The notes: a model not told the origin generated them from the letters alone. A stretch of DNA of 32,000 nt from Haloferax volcanii DS2 (GCF_000025685.1 NC_013967.1:2220001-2252000), one strand, 5' to 3'. Counted from the first letter of the stretch, positions 9,188-17,431 are shown. A program made the numbers and translations.

Positions 9188-10375
9188 GTGAGTGACGACG
9201 ACGACTGGTTCGAACGGGCACTCCGCGAGACCGATGACGGCGAGACCGACGCAGACGACGCGGACCCCGAGGAAAGCGAGCAGCGTGACGACGGCGAGAC
9301 CGACGTGGGCGACGCGGACAGCGGTTCGGCCGCGGAGTCGGACGCGCCGGACTCGTCGGTGACGGGGGGAGCCGAGTTCGGGACCGAAAGCGAGGGGGCC
9401 GACGCCGCCGACGAGCGCGACGAGCCGCTGTCGTTCGGTGACGGCCCGTTCGGGGACAGTACGGGCGACGACTCACGCGACGACGACCCGCTCGACGGCG
9501 ACGACGACCCGTTTTCGACCGACTTCGCCACGGCGTTCAACAACGCGCCGATGCCCGACGCGGGCGGCGGGTTCGGCGGCGACTCGTCGGACGACGATTT
9601 CGGATTCGGTCCCGCTCCCGGCTCCGGTCCCGAGGGGTCTGACTCCCCGACGTTCGACGACGAGGAGTTCGACTCCGACATCGACCGCATCGATATCGGC
9701 ATCGAGGGGCTCGACGACATGATTCTCGGCGGCGTCCCCAAACGGTCGCTGATGGTGGCCATCGGGAGCGCCGGGACCGGCAAGACGACGTTCGGGCTAC
9801 AATTCCTCCGGAAAGCCCTCGAAGACGGCGGCAGCGGCGTCTACATCACGCTCGAAGAGAGCCGCGAGCGCATCCTCGATACGGCCGACGAGAAGGGCTG
9901 GGAGTTCTCGACGTACGAGGCCGACGGCCGATTGGCCGTCGTCGACCTCGACCCCGTGGAGATGGCCAACAGCCTGTCGAGCATCCGCAACGACCTCCCG
10001 CGGCTGGTCGAGGAGTTCGGCGCAGACCGACTCGTCCTCGACTCCGTCTCGCTTCTGGAGATGATGTACGACCACCCCTCGAAGCGCCGCAGCGAGGTGT
10101 TCAACTTCACGCGGTCGCTGAAGGACGCCGGCGTGACGACGATGCTCACCTCCGAGGCGGACCAGTCGACGCCGTACGTCTCCCGCCACGGCATCGTCGA
10201 GTACCTCTCGGACGCCGTGTTCGTCCTCCAGTACGTCCGCGGCGACGACTTCCGGGAGACCCGGCTCGCAATCGAGATTCAGAAGATACGCGACGCCAAC
10301 CACTCCCGGGAGACCAAACCGTACGAACTCACGAACGAGGGCATCAGCGTCTACCAGCAGGCGAATATTTTCTGA
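9188..10375 (+). CDS. Single-domain KaiC/RecA-superfamily ATPase (COG0467-like) with about 190-aa acidic disordered N-terminal region
   Basis: Walker A GSAGTGKTTF, Walker B RLVLDSVS, and a KaiC-like C-terminal core. There is no in-frame ATG before the core. Candidate GTG starts are 9086 (track), 9176, 9179 and 9188; I chose 9188, where the acidic sequence VSDDDDWFERAL begins. The start is uncertain. Confidence 0.75.
   Translation: MSDDDDWFERALRETDDGETDADDADPEESEQRDDGETDVGDADSGSAAESDAPDSSVTGGAEFGTESEGADAADERDEPLSFGDGPFGDSTGDDSRDDDPLDGDDDPFSTDFATAFNNAPMPDAGGGFGGDSSDDDFGFGPAPGSGPEGSDSPTFDDEEFDSDIDRIDIGIEGLDDMILGGVPKRSLMVAIGSAGTGKTTFGLQFLRKALEDGGSGVYITLEESRERILDTADEKGWEFSTYEADGRLAVVDLDPVEMANSLSSIRNDLPRLVEEFGADRLVLDSVSLLEMMYDHPSKRRSEVFNFTRSLKDAGVTTMLTSEADQSTPYVSRHGIVEYLSDAVFVLQYVRGDDFRETRLAIEIQKIRDANHSRETKPYELTNEGISVYQQANIF
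9233..9319 (+). repeat. Imperfect 33-bp direct duplication (period 54 bp) inside the acidic tail coding region
   Basis: gatgacggcgagaccgacgcagacgacgcggac (9233-9265) versus gacgacggcgagaccgacgtgggcgacgcggac (9287-9319). They encode DDGETDADDAD and DDGETDVGDAD. Confidence 0.7.
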
Positions 10376-10489
10376 GTCCGCGGTCGGCGTTCCGCGTTTC
10401 GTGTTTCACGTTCTACGTTTCGGCGGCGTCGGCCTCGGAAGCGCGCTCCGCGGCACAAAAGCGTCACCGGGAGCGGCGGCGTCGAGACC

Positions 10490-11161
10490 TCAGTCGTCGG
10501 CGGTCGCAGGGTCGGCCGACTGTCCGGACTCGAAGCTCTCGAAGTGGACGACCTCGTCGACCGGGCGGCGGTACTTGCGTTCCGCTTGCAGTTCGTCGGC
10601 GTCCTCGGCGGGGTACCCCATCGTCAGGAGCATCACGGGTTCGTACCGCTCGCCGTCGATGTCGAACGCGTCGAGGACGGCGTCGGCGTCGAAGCCGCCG
10701 ACGGGACAGGAGGCGACGCCCTCGTCCCACGCGGCGTACATGAGCGACATCGCGACGAGCGACGTCGAGCGGACGGTCCAGACGCGGCGCTCCTGTTCGG
10801 GGAGGTCGGCCATGCCGGCGATGTTGTCGAGGATGCCGTCGCGGACCTCTTCGCTCGGCAGGTAGCCTTTCTCCAGCATGTCGTCGGTGACGGTCTCGGC
10901 GTGCGCTTCGGGGTCCTTGTTGCCGAGCACGATGACCGACGCGGCGGCACCGGTGACGTGGTCTTGGTCGTAGGCCGCCTCGCGGAGCAGCTGCTGTGTC
11001 TCGTCTTCGCGCAGCACGACGAACTCCCACGGCTGGAGGTTGTAGCTCGACGGGGCCTGCACGGCGTTTTCGAATATCGTTCGGAGCGTCTCGTCATCGA
11101 GCGACTCGTCGGCGTACTCGTGGATAGAGCGGCGGGTCGTCACGACCTCTGTGAATTCCAT
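10490..11161 (-). CDS. Nitroreductase family protein (NAD(P)H-flavin oxidoreductase-like), 223 aa
   Basis: N-terminal TRRSIHEYADESL, then APSSYNLQPWEFVVL, typical of the nitroreductase fold. ATG on - strand at 11159-11161. Confidence 0.85.
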   Translation of the reverse strand: MEFTEVVTTRRSIHEYADESLDDETLRTIFENAVQAPSSYNLQPWEFVVLREDETQQLLREAAYDQDHVTGAAASVIVLGNKDPEAHAETVTDDMLEKGYLPSEEVRDGILDNIAGMADLPEQERRVWTVRSTSLVAMSLMYAAWDEGVASCPVGGFDADAVLDAFDIDGERYEPVMLLTMGYPAEDADELQAERKYRRPVDEVVHFESFESGQSADPATADD

Positions 11162-11323
11162 CGGTTGCCGCCAGAGACGGCACGGAAATAGGGCGTTGCA
11201 ATCCGGTCGAACCGGCCGATTCCGGTGTGCTCGCAGGACTCATAACATCGCCTCACTAGGTGACGCCGGTGTTACCGAGGGGTCGGAAACGCGGTCCCGT
11301 TGCGGCGTGTCGCGCGCCGTGAC

Positions 11324-11758
11324 TCACCGTACGATAGTCACGGGCACCGGCGACCGCCGGAGGACCTCCTCGGCGACGCTGCCGAGCAGGATGCGCGAGA
11401 CGCCGGTCCGACCGTGGCTGCCCATCACGACGTGGTCGTAGCCGGCGTCGTCGTCCGCCAGCACCTCGACGATGAGCTTCTGGGGGCTGCCGACCTCGAT
11501 GCGGTCAGTGACCGGCCTGTCGGCGTCGACGAGTCCCACTTCGGCTTTCACCTCGGCGAACGTCTCTCTCGCCTTTCGTTTCTCCACTTGGAACCACTCC
11601 TCGGAGCCGCTGAGCGCCCGCTCTTTGTAATCGGCGTCGGCGGGGTTGATGACGTTCAACAGCGTGAGTTCGGCGTCGGGCCACTCCGAGGCGGCAAAGC
11701 GGACCGCGGCGACTGACTGCGGCGACCCGTCGATTGGGACGAGCACGTGTTCGGCCAT
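11324..11758 (-). CDS. Universal stress protein (UspA family), 144 aa
   Basis: HVLVPIDGSPQS N-terminus and C-terminal ATP-binding motif MGSHGRTGVSRILLGSVAEEVLRRSPVPVTIV. Confidence 0.9.
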   Translation of the reverse strand: MAEHVLVPIDGSPQSVAAVRFAASEWPDAELTLLNVINPADADYKERALSGSEEWFQVEKRKARETFAEVKAEVGLVDADRPVTDRIEVGSPQKLIVEVLADDDAGYDHVVMGSHGRTGVSRILLGSVAEEVLRRSPVPVTIVR

Positions 11759-11776
11759 GTCGCGGCCTACTCGGGC

Positions 11777-11797
11777 GCGGGCTAAAAATCCGCCCGC
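11777..11797 (-). terminator. Hairpin with U5 loop between herA-like stop and usp start; overlaps the presumed usp TATA element
   Basis: gcgggc (11777-11782) and gcccgc (11792-11797) flank taaaaatcc. On the - strand this reads GCGGGCggatttttaGCCCGC. It is about 20 nt after the stop at 11817, and its AT core is about 28 bp upstream of the usp ATG at 11758. Confidence 0.35.
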
Positions 11798-11816
11798 CGC
11801 GCCGCGCTGCGGGCGC

Positions 11817-13793
11817 TCAGTCGCCGTGTCGCGTCACGCAGGTCGAAAGCCCCGTCAGTTCGACGGGGTCGGAGTTGTCGGGCGAGTAGACGACCATCTG
11901 GCCCTTCTCCATGTACGGCACCTTGTCTTCGAGGTTCGGCGGGATGTTGACGCTCTTGATGGCGTCCTCGTCGCCGAGGTTGAGCACGACTTTCGTGTTC
12001 ACCTGCTTGAACACCGGGTCGGCGATGTCCTGTGGGTCCTGCGTGATGAGAAACAGGCCGAGGCGCTCCTTGCGGCCCTGCTTGGCCGCCTCGGTGAACT
12101 TCTGAATGACTTTCTGCGCCTGCACCGAATCGGCGTCGGTGAGGAAGTTGTGCGCCTCGTCCATCCCGAGGACCAACGGCGTCTCCTTGATGCGGTCGCT
12201 CGACGGGTCGTTCGAGAGCTTATCGTCGATGAGCAGCGCCGACACCGCGAGGACGAACAGTTCTTTCGCCCGACTCGACGAGAGGTGGTAGGTCGGCACG
12301 ACCGTCAGCCCGCCGGGGCGGACGAGCTGGTGGTCGAGTTCGGTTATCGGGCGGGCGTCCTGGTCGAACACGCCGCTCGGCACGCCGCGGACCCGGCGTT
12401 TCACCGCGTCGAAGGTCGCCTCGTGGACCCGCCCCGACTCGTGAAGCTCCTCTTTCAGCGCCGGGTCGTCGAGGTACTGGAGGAACTGCTTGTACGTCCC
12501 GGCGTCGCCGTAGTCCCGGAAAAAGCGGTTCAGGAGTTCGATGAGCGCCGGGTACTGGTTGTCGTTGAGGCTGCTGCCGGCGACGAGCCACGGGAGGTCC
12601 CGCGCCATCGAGAAGGGGACGGTGAACTCCAACTGCTCGGCGCGGTGGTTCGCGCCCGGGTACGACGACCCGGCCATCTTGGGGACGAGCGCGACGGTGT
12701 CGTCGTGGCCGCCGTGGGCGATGCCCTCGCGCTCGTAGCGCCGGGCCGTCTCGTCGTCCATGTCGGGGTTGTCGTCGTGCATCTGGGCGTACTCGTCCTG
12801 CGGGTCGAACTGGACGACCGCGGTCTGGACCTCGCGGCCGTCGTCCATCTCGTAGCTCCGCTCTTCGGAGAGATACTGCCGCAGGATGTTCTTCGAGGCG
12901 TGAGTCTTCCCCGAACCGGTGCCGCCGGCGACCAGCGTGTGGCGGAACACGAGCGGGTCGCCGTCGGTGTAGTCGTCGTTCAGGCGGTAGTCGATGGTCG
13001 GCGGTCGGGCCGCGGTTCGGACCTTCTCGCCGCCGACGGAGAGGTGGCCGAGGAAGACGCCCGCCTCGGGAATCTTCAGGCCGGTCTTAATCTGGGTCGC
13101 GTCGGTGGCCTCTCCGACCGTCGCCTGCGGTTTCGGCACGCGGTCGACCATCCGGCGCTTGAGGTCGCCGTCGTCGGAAAACAGCACGGCGATGGGTTCG
13201 AGTTCGGCCATGAACTTGAAATCGCGCTCCTCGAACTCGTCTGCGGGGCGGCGCATCGCCCGGCGGGCGTGAATCTCCGTCGCGTCGTCGGCCTGGAACT
13301 CCTGGGCGTACTCCAGCCCGACGATGCGGCAGAACAGCAGTTCGTCGTCGGGGTAGGGGACGACCAGATACTTCCCGAGGCGGACGCGCTCGCGATTGCC
13401 CGCGGTCACGAACGCCCGGAGCGCCGTCCGGTCCGAGTCCTCCGACACGCGGAGGCCCTGCGAGACCGCAATCGCACCGAGGCCCCGCTCGTCGCCGACG
13501 GGGTCGGCGTCGTAGTCGTCGAACTGGAGGTCGTCCCCGTCGTCGGTCGCGCCGGCCCCACCGGTCACATCCGTCGAACTGTCGTCGCGGTCGTCGCGGT
13601 CGTCGCGGTCGGCATCGACGCCGTCGCCGTCGGCCGAACTCGCGGCGGTCGCGCTCTCGGTTTCCGAGACGGGGTCGGCCCGCGCCGAGCGCCCGTTCCC
13701 GGCGACGGACCCCGCCTGCTCGCCGCCACCCGCATCGGACGAACTGTCGGGGTCGTCGCCGTCGAAGTCGCTGAAATCCCCCAAGTCGGTCAT
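11817..13793 (-). CDS. herA: HerA-like (FtsK-HerA superfamily) ATPase/helicase with acidic N-terminal tail, 658 aa
   Basis: Walker A LVAGGTGSGKTHASKN and Walker B VLGMDEAHNF (the DEAH form typical of HerA). A barrel-like segment RVRLGKYLVVPYPDDELLFCRIVGLEY lies upstream of the ATPase core. Residues 1 to about 105 are Asp/Gly/Ser-rich. Confidence 0.8.
   Translation of the reverse strand: MTDLGDFSDFDGDDPDSSSDAGGGEQAGSVAGNGRSARADPVSETESATAASSADGDGVDADRDDRDDRDDSSTDVTGGAGATDDGDDLQFDDYDADPVGDERGLGAIAVSQGLRVSEDSDRTALRAFVTAGNRERVRLGKYLVVPYPDDELLFCRIVGLEYAQEFQADDATEIHARRAMRRPADEFEERDFKFMAELEPIAVLFSDDGDLKRRMVDRVPKPQATVGEATDATQIKTGLKIPEAGVFLGHLSVGGEKVRTAARPPTIDYRLNDDYTDGDPLVFRHTLVAGGTGSGKTHASKNILRQYLSEERSYEMDDGREVQTAVVQFDPQDEYAQMHDDNPDMDDETARRYEREGIAHGGHDDTVALVPKMAGSSYPGANHRAEQLEFTVPFSMARDLPWLVAGSSLNDNQYPALIELLNRFFRDYGDAGTYKQFLQYLDDPALKEELHESGRVHEATFDAVKRRVRGVPSGVFDQDARPITELDHQLVRPGGLTVVPTYHLSSSRAKELFVLAVSALLIDDKLSNDPSSDRIKETPLVLGMDEAHNFLTDADSVQAQKVIQKFTEAAKQGRKERLGLFLITQDPQDIADPVFKQVNTKVVLNLGDEDAIKSVNIPPNLEDKVPYMEKGQMVVYSPDNSDPVELTGLSTCVTRHGD
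13581..13607 (-). repeat. Perfect 9-bp tandem repeat x3 (gtcgtcgcg) encoding DRDDRDDRD in the HerA-like N-terminal tail
   Basis: gtcgtcgcg at 13581-13589, 13590-13598 and 13599-13607, with a partial fourth unit. Confidence 0.9.
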
Positions 13794-13928
13794 GTTCCAA
13801 CGCTTGCGGGCGGCGAGTAAAAAGCCACGCGTCGGCGGCGGCGCGCGGTCTGGCGGCCTCGGGGTGCCGCCTGATGCGGAGTCGGGGCGTCGCGTGCGAC
13901 TTTTCCGTCTCGCGAACCTAGTCCGGCT
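13794..13928. promoter_or_regulatory. Divergent promoter region (herA-like / small ORF)
   Basis: taaaaag at 13818-13824 (ctttttac on - strand) is about 28 bp upstream of the herA-like ATG at 13793. ttttcc at 13901-13906 is about 26 bp upstream of ATG 13929. Confidence 0.4.
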
Positions 13929-14342
13929 ATGTTATTGGTCCGCGGTCGCGGCGGCGGCACGGCACTCACCGGGACGATATTCGAACGGGGGGAGCAAGCG
14001 CCGACCTACCGCGGCGCGCCGGACGAGGACGCGCCCTACGTCTGGGTCTGCGACGAGTTCTACGAGGTCGAAAGCGGCGGCTCGGAGACCGAAATCGACG
14101 GGCGGACGATTCGCGTCGCCTTCGACACGCCGCTTCCCCGCGGCTTCGACACCCGCGAGCAGGCGCTGTCGGCCGCGAAAGAACACGTCAGGACGCAGTT
14201 CGCGCGGGTCGGCGTCCCAGCCGACGAGGTGCGGGTCGAGGTCGTCAGGCCCGAAGAGGAGGGGACGCCGGAGGCCGAACAGCCGGTCCCGACGGACCGC
14301 TCCGCCGACGAAGGCTCTCCCGAGGGCGACGCGTCGCACTAG
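13929..14342 (+). CDS. Acidic conserved hypothetical protein, 137 aa
   Basis: ATG 13929 with a T-rich element about 26 bp upstream. Acidic composition matches the rest of the proteome. The antisense ORF 13932..14339 is Arg-rich and so is the shadow frame. No family recognised. Confidence 0.55.
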   Translation: MLLVRGRGGGTALTGTIFERGEQAPTYRGAPDEDAPYVWVCDEFYEVESGGSETEIDGRTIRVAFDTPLPRGFDTREQALSAAKEHVRTQFARVGVPADEVRVEVVRPEEEGTPEAEQPVPTDRSADEGSPEGDASH

Positions 14343-14402
14343 GTCGCGCTGAGTCGGGCGCGCGCCCGATTCCGGTCTGCCGCGCGGGCAACGCCCCGAG
14401 AC

Positions 14403-15677
14403 TCACTCGTCGGCGTCGACCCAGCGGATGTTGTCGTAGCTTTTCATCTGGTCCGAATCGAGCTTATCGGAGAGTTTGCGCCTGAGCGCCGCCTTCTCAC
14501 CGACGCTCACCCGCGCGAGCTCGTCCGCCTTCTCGACCGCAAGCGGCGGCCCGCGCGTGGCGGCCACGTCGCGGACGACGTGGTGCATCAGGTCGGCGCG
14601 GCGGTCGGGGTCCTTCGTGAACGCGTAGGGCGCTTCGACCCGGTAGCACACGTCGGTTCGGGGGTCGTACAGCACGAAGAACGTCACCGCGTACGCCTCG
14701 GGGTCGAGCTTCCGCTCGATGCCGAACGCCTCGCCCTCGGCGCTCAGCTGGCGGTCCGAGCCGCCGCGGGAGACGAACCAGCTCGTGAACGTGAGTTCGT
14801 CGGTGCGGCGCTCGTCGCCGTCGGCTCCCTCGCGGCGTTCGAGCAGGCTGACGAAGAAGGCGGCGTCGTCCACCCACGGCCGCCGGCCGGCGTCGCTTCC
14901 GTCGAGCTGTTTCCTGACCGTGCGGACGACGTGTTTCGCGCCCGGATTTTTCACGAAGCCGGCGAGGGGCACGTCGCGCTCGACGAAGCGCTCGACGAGG
15001 CGGACGTAGTTCTCCACGACGGCCTTCGGTTTGGCGTCCCGCGCGAGGTCCTTCAGTTCGGCGTCGCGGTCGCGCCAGTTCAGGAGTTCCTTCGGATACA
15101 CCGGCCCGTCGAGGATGAGCAGGTCGGAGACGGCGTCGGCGTGTTCGAGCGCGTGGGCGCTCTCGGCGAGGTAGAGCGCGAGCGCGTGGACGACCCCCTC
15201 GGCGTAGCGGTTGACCCGCGGGACGCTCAGGACGCGCCGGCGGCCGTAGCCCTCGTCGGAGTGGAGCCACTCGTCGGTGTCGAAAAACTGGACCGGGTCG
15301 TGGGTGTGCGCCGCCATGACGATAGAGCGGTGGCGGTGGAGGTCGAGGTTCGACGGCTCGGCGGCCATCGCGGCGTGGGCCACGTCGAGGACGAGCCCGT
15401 TTTTGAACGTCGTCGGGTTGATGGTCCCCGAGTCGAGGCCGTGAACGGTCGGAAACGGCGACTCCGTGAGCGCCACGTCGTCGATATCGGCGGCGTGGAG
15501 CTGTTTTTCGCCGAGCGGCTCGACGATTGGGAGTCCCCCGTCGGGCGATTCGAGGGGGTCGAGCCACGATTCCCAGACCGTCCGCGCGAGGTCGTCGTAG
15601 TCGGCGTCGTCGACCGAGTCAGCGATGGAACTCGCCATGGACGCGATGTCGTCCACGTGGACGGGGTCGAGGGTCAT
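14403..15677 (-). CDS. nurA: NurA-like nuclease (DNA end-resection nuclease family), 424 aa
   Basis: Track ORF 14403..15821 trimmed to MTLDPVHVDD (ATG on - strand at 15675-15677; tatag/ctata at about 15701-15706 is about 26 bp upstream). VHGLDSGTINP-type N-terminal aspartate motif and ILDGPVYP segment resemble the NurA domain. Paired with the HerA-like gene 610 bp away. Confidence 0.7.
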   Translation of the reverse strand: MTLDPVHVDDIASMASSIADSVDDADYDDLARTVWESWLDPLESPDGGLPIVEPLGEKQLHAADIDDVALTESPFPTVHGLDSGTINPTTFKNGLVLDVAHAAMAAEPSNLDLHRHRSIVMAAHTHDPVQFFDTDEWLHSDEGYGRRRVLSVPRVNRYAEGVVHALALYLAESAHALEHADAVSDLLILDGPVYPKELLNWRDRDAELKDLARDAKPKAVVENYVRLVERFVERDVPLAGFVKNPGAKHVVRTVRKQLDGSDAGRRPWVDDAAFFVSLLERREGADGDERRTDELTFTSWFVSRGGSDRQLSAEGEAFGIERKLDPEAYAVTFFVLYDPRTDVCYRVEAPYAFTKDPDRRADLMHHVVRDVAATRGPPLAVEKADELARVSVGEKAALRRKLSDKLDSDQMKSYDNIRWVDADE

Positions 15678-15826
15678 ATCTCGGCGTCGTCGCCGACGAG
15701 TATAGTGGTTGTCGTCGTCGGTGGGGTCGCCCGGTCGGAACCAGACGCGAGTCGGTACGGGACGGGTCTCTCCCTCGACAGGTCCCGGCACGCTCATACC
15801 GCTCCGTTGCCAACGCTTCACCGACG
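15678..15826. promoter_or_regulatory. Divergent promoter region (nurA-like / HAD hydrolase)
   Basis: The gagtatagtgg core near 15698-15708 gives a TATA-like element about 26 bp from the nurA-like start. The HAD-side element is weak (ctcatac near 15793-15799). Confidence 0.35.
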
Positions 15827-16486
15827 ATGTCTGTCAGCGCGGTCGGGTTCGACCTCGACTACACACTCGCGGTGCCGACGCGGGACCGCGAGACGATTCT
15901 CTCGGAGGCGGCGGCGGCGGCGGGCGCGCCCCCGCTGACCCGAGAGGCGTATCTCCGGGCACACCAAGAGAATCTCACGCGCGAGACCCGCGCGCCCATC
16001 TTCGAGACGCTCCTCGACGAGCACGGCTCTCCCGTCGACCCGGAGCGCGTCGCGACGGCGTACAGAGAGCGAATCACCGACGCGGTCGTCCCCGTCGAGG
16101 GCGTCGAGGCGATGCTCGCCGGCCTGCGGACGACCTACCGCGTCGGCCTCCTCACCAACGGGCCGGTCGTCGCCCAGGAAGCGAAAATCGACAAACTCGG
16201 CTGGCGCGACCACTTCGACACGGCGCTCGTGACGGGCGCGCTCCCCGCCGGCAAGCCGGACGGGCGGGCGTTCGAAGCCCTGCTCGACGACCTCGGAACC
16301 GCCCCCGACGAGACCGTCTACGTCGGTGACAGCGTCCACCACGACATCGCCGGCGCGCACGACGCCGGGCTGCTTCCGGTGCAGGTGCTCGGCGACGGCT
16401 GTGACGACCCCGACCCGCGAGCAATCGCACATATCCACCGCGATGACTTGCCGGCCGAGCTTCCGAAGCTCCTCGCGGACCTCTGA
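15827..16486 (+). CDS. HAD superfamily hydrolase (subfamily IA-like), 219 aa
   Basis: Track ORF 15527..16486 trimmed to MSVSAVGFDLDYTL (ATG 15827). HAD motifs: I DLDYT, II LLTNG, III GKPD, IV VGDSVHHDI. Confidence 0.85.
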   Translation: MSVSAVGFDLDYTLAVPTRDRETILSEAAAAAGAPPLTREAYLRAHQENLTRETRAPIFETLLDEHGSPVDPERVATAYRERITDAVVPVEGVEAMLAGLRTTYRVGLLTNGPVVAQEAKIDKLGWRDHFDTALVTGALPAGKPDGRAFEALLDDLGTAPDETVYVGDSVHHDIAGAHDAGLLPVQVLGDGCDDPDPRAIAHIHRDDLPAELPKLLADL

Positions 16487-16505
16487 ACCGGTCGCGCGAG
16501 AGCGT

Positions 16506-16910
16506 CTATCCTTCGTCTTCCTCTCGCTCCCCGGCGTCGAGCGCCGCGACCAGCGCGCGGAACGCCGGAAGCGTCCACTTCACCTGCGCGCCGTCCTCGA
16601 CGAACACGAGCGTTCGCGGCGGGCGGACCGCCTTCGGGCGCACGCGAAGCCCCGCCTCGGAGGCGGCCTCGGCGGTCACGTCGGGGTGGGCGAGGAACTC
16701 GACGCGGGCGCGGTCCGGTTGGACGTACACCTCGGCGACGCGTTCGCCGTCGGCGGCGACCGCGTAGGCGAGCGCGCCGTCGTCGGTCGGTTCCACGTCG
16801 GGGTCGGAATCGACGACGGAGAGTACCGAGAAGGCGTCCTCGTGGCCCGTGACCTCCGAGGCGAGCAGTTGGGCGATGCGTGTCCCGTCGGAGAGCGAAT
16901 CGACGACCAT
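16506..16910 (-). CDS. Acidic conserved hypothetical protein, 134 aa
   Basis: ATG on - strand at 16908-16910. Acidic composition. No motif recognised. Confidence 0.5.
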   Translation of the reverse strand: MVVDSLSDGTRIAQLLASEVTGHEDAFSVLSVVDSDPDVEPTDDGALAYAVAADGERVAEVYVQPDRARVEFLAHPDVTAEAASEAGLRVRPKAVRPPRTLVFVEDGAQVKWTLPAFRALVAALDAGEREEDEG

Positions 16911-16984
16911 GCCGGTCGTTCGCGCCCGGGCGGTTTCGGGGTGTCGCTTCGCGGCGGGCGTCGGCCGAGCGCGGAAAATGTGAC

Positions 16985-17431
16985 CTACTCCGCCAGCGAG
17001 CGCTTTGCTTTCGCGGCCGCGTCGTCGACGTTCACGTCGTTCGAGCGCGCGAAGAGGACCGCGGCGGCCTCGGCGGTGATGCAGAGGCGCGACTGCCGCT
17101 CGTTGATGCCGGCGACGGCGGCCTGTTTTTCGACGCCGGCGGCGACGCAGGCGTCGAGAATCTGCTCGAACGCCGACTGCTCGCGGAGGACGGCGGCGTC
17201 GGGTTCGAACTCCTCGGGAATCTGTACGTCGGCGGGGTCGAACGTCGCGACGACCTCGCCGTCGTCGCGTTCGACGAGGCCGCGGCCCGCCGCGAGGTCG
17301 ATGAGGCGCTTGGCCTGGTCCGGGGAGAACCAGTCGCGGTCGAGCGACAGGGCGACGACGAACTCGCCCTCGCCGAGGCGGGTCGAGCCGTGTTGCCGGA
17401 AGGGGACGGCGACGGTGACGTCGAGACTCAT
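16985..17431 (-). CDS. Conserved archaeal hypothetical protein (DUF2240-like by recollection), 148 aa
   Basis: Track ORF 16985..17518 trimmed to MSLDVTVAVPFRQHG (ATG on - strand at 17429-17431). The family name comes from memory of similar archaeal proteins and is not verified. Confidence 0.55.
   Translation of the reverse strand: MSLDVTVAVPFRQHGSTRLGEGEFVVALSLDRDWFSPDQAKRLIDLAAGRGLVERDDGEVVATFDPADVQIPEEFEPDAAVLREQSAFEQILDACVAAGVEKQAAVAGINERQSRLCITAEAAAVLFARSNDVNVDDAAAKAKRSLAE

Noticed and set aside
13581-13607. Short tandem repeats considered as a possible CRISPR or minisatellite locus
   Set aside because: Only three 9-bp units, in frame, inside a coding low-complexity acidic tail. There is no spacer structure and no cas genes. 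No CRISPR-like array was seen anywhere in the window.
11817-15677. HerA/NurA pair as an anti-virus defence system
   Set aside because: This is not excluded but is not supported. There is no compositional shift, no neighbouring defence or mobile genes, and flanking genes are housekeeping. The family's established archaeal role is DNA end resection. It is kept as a hedged note in the findings only.
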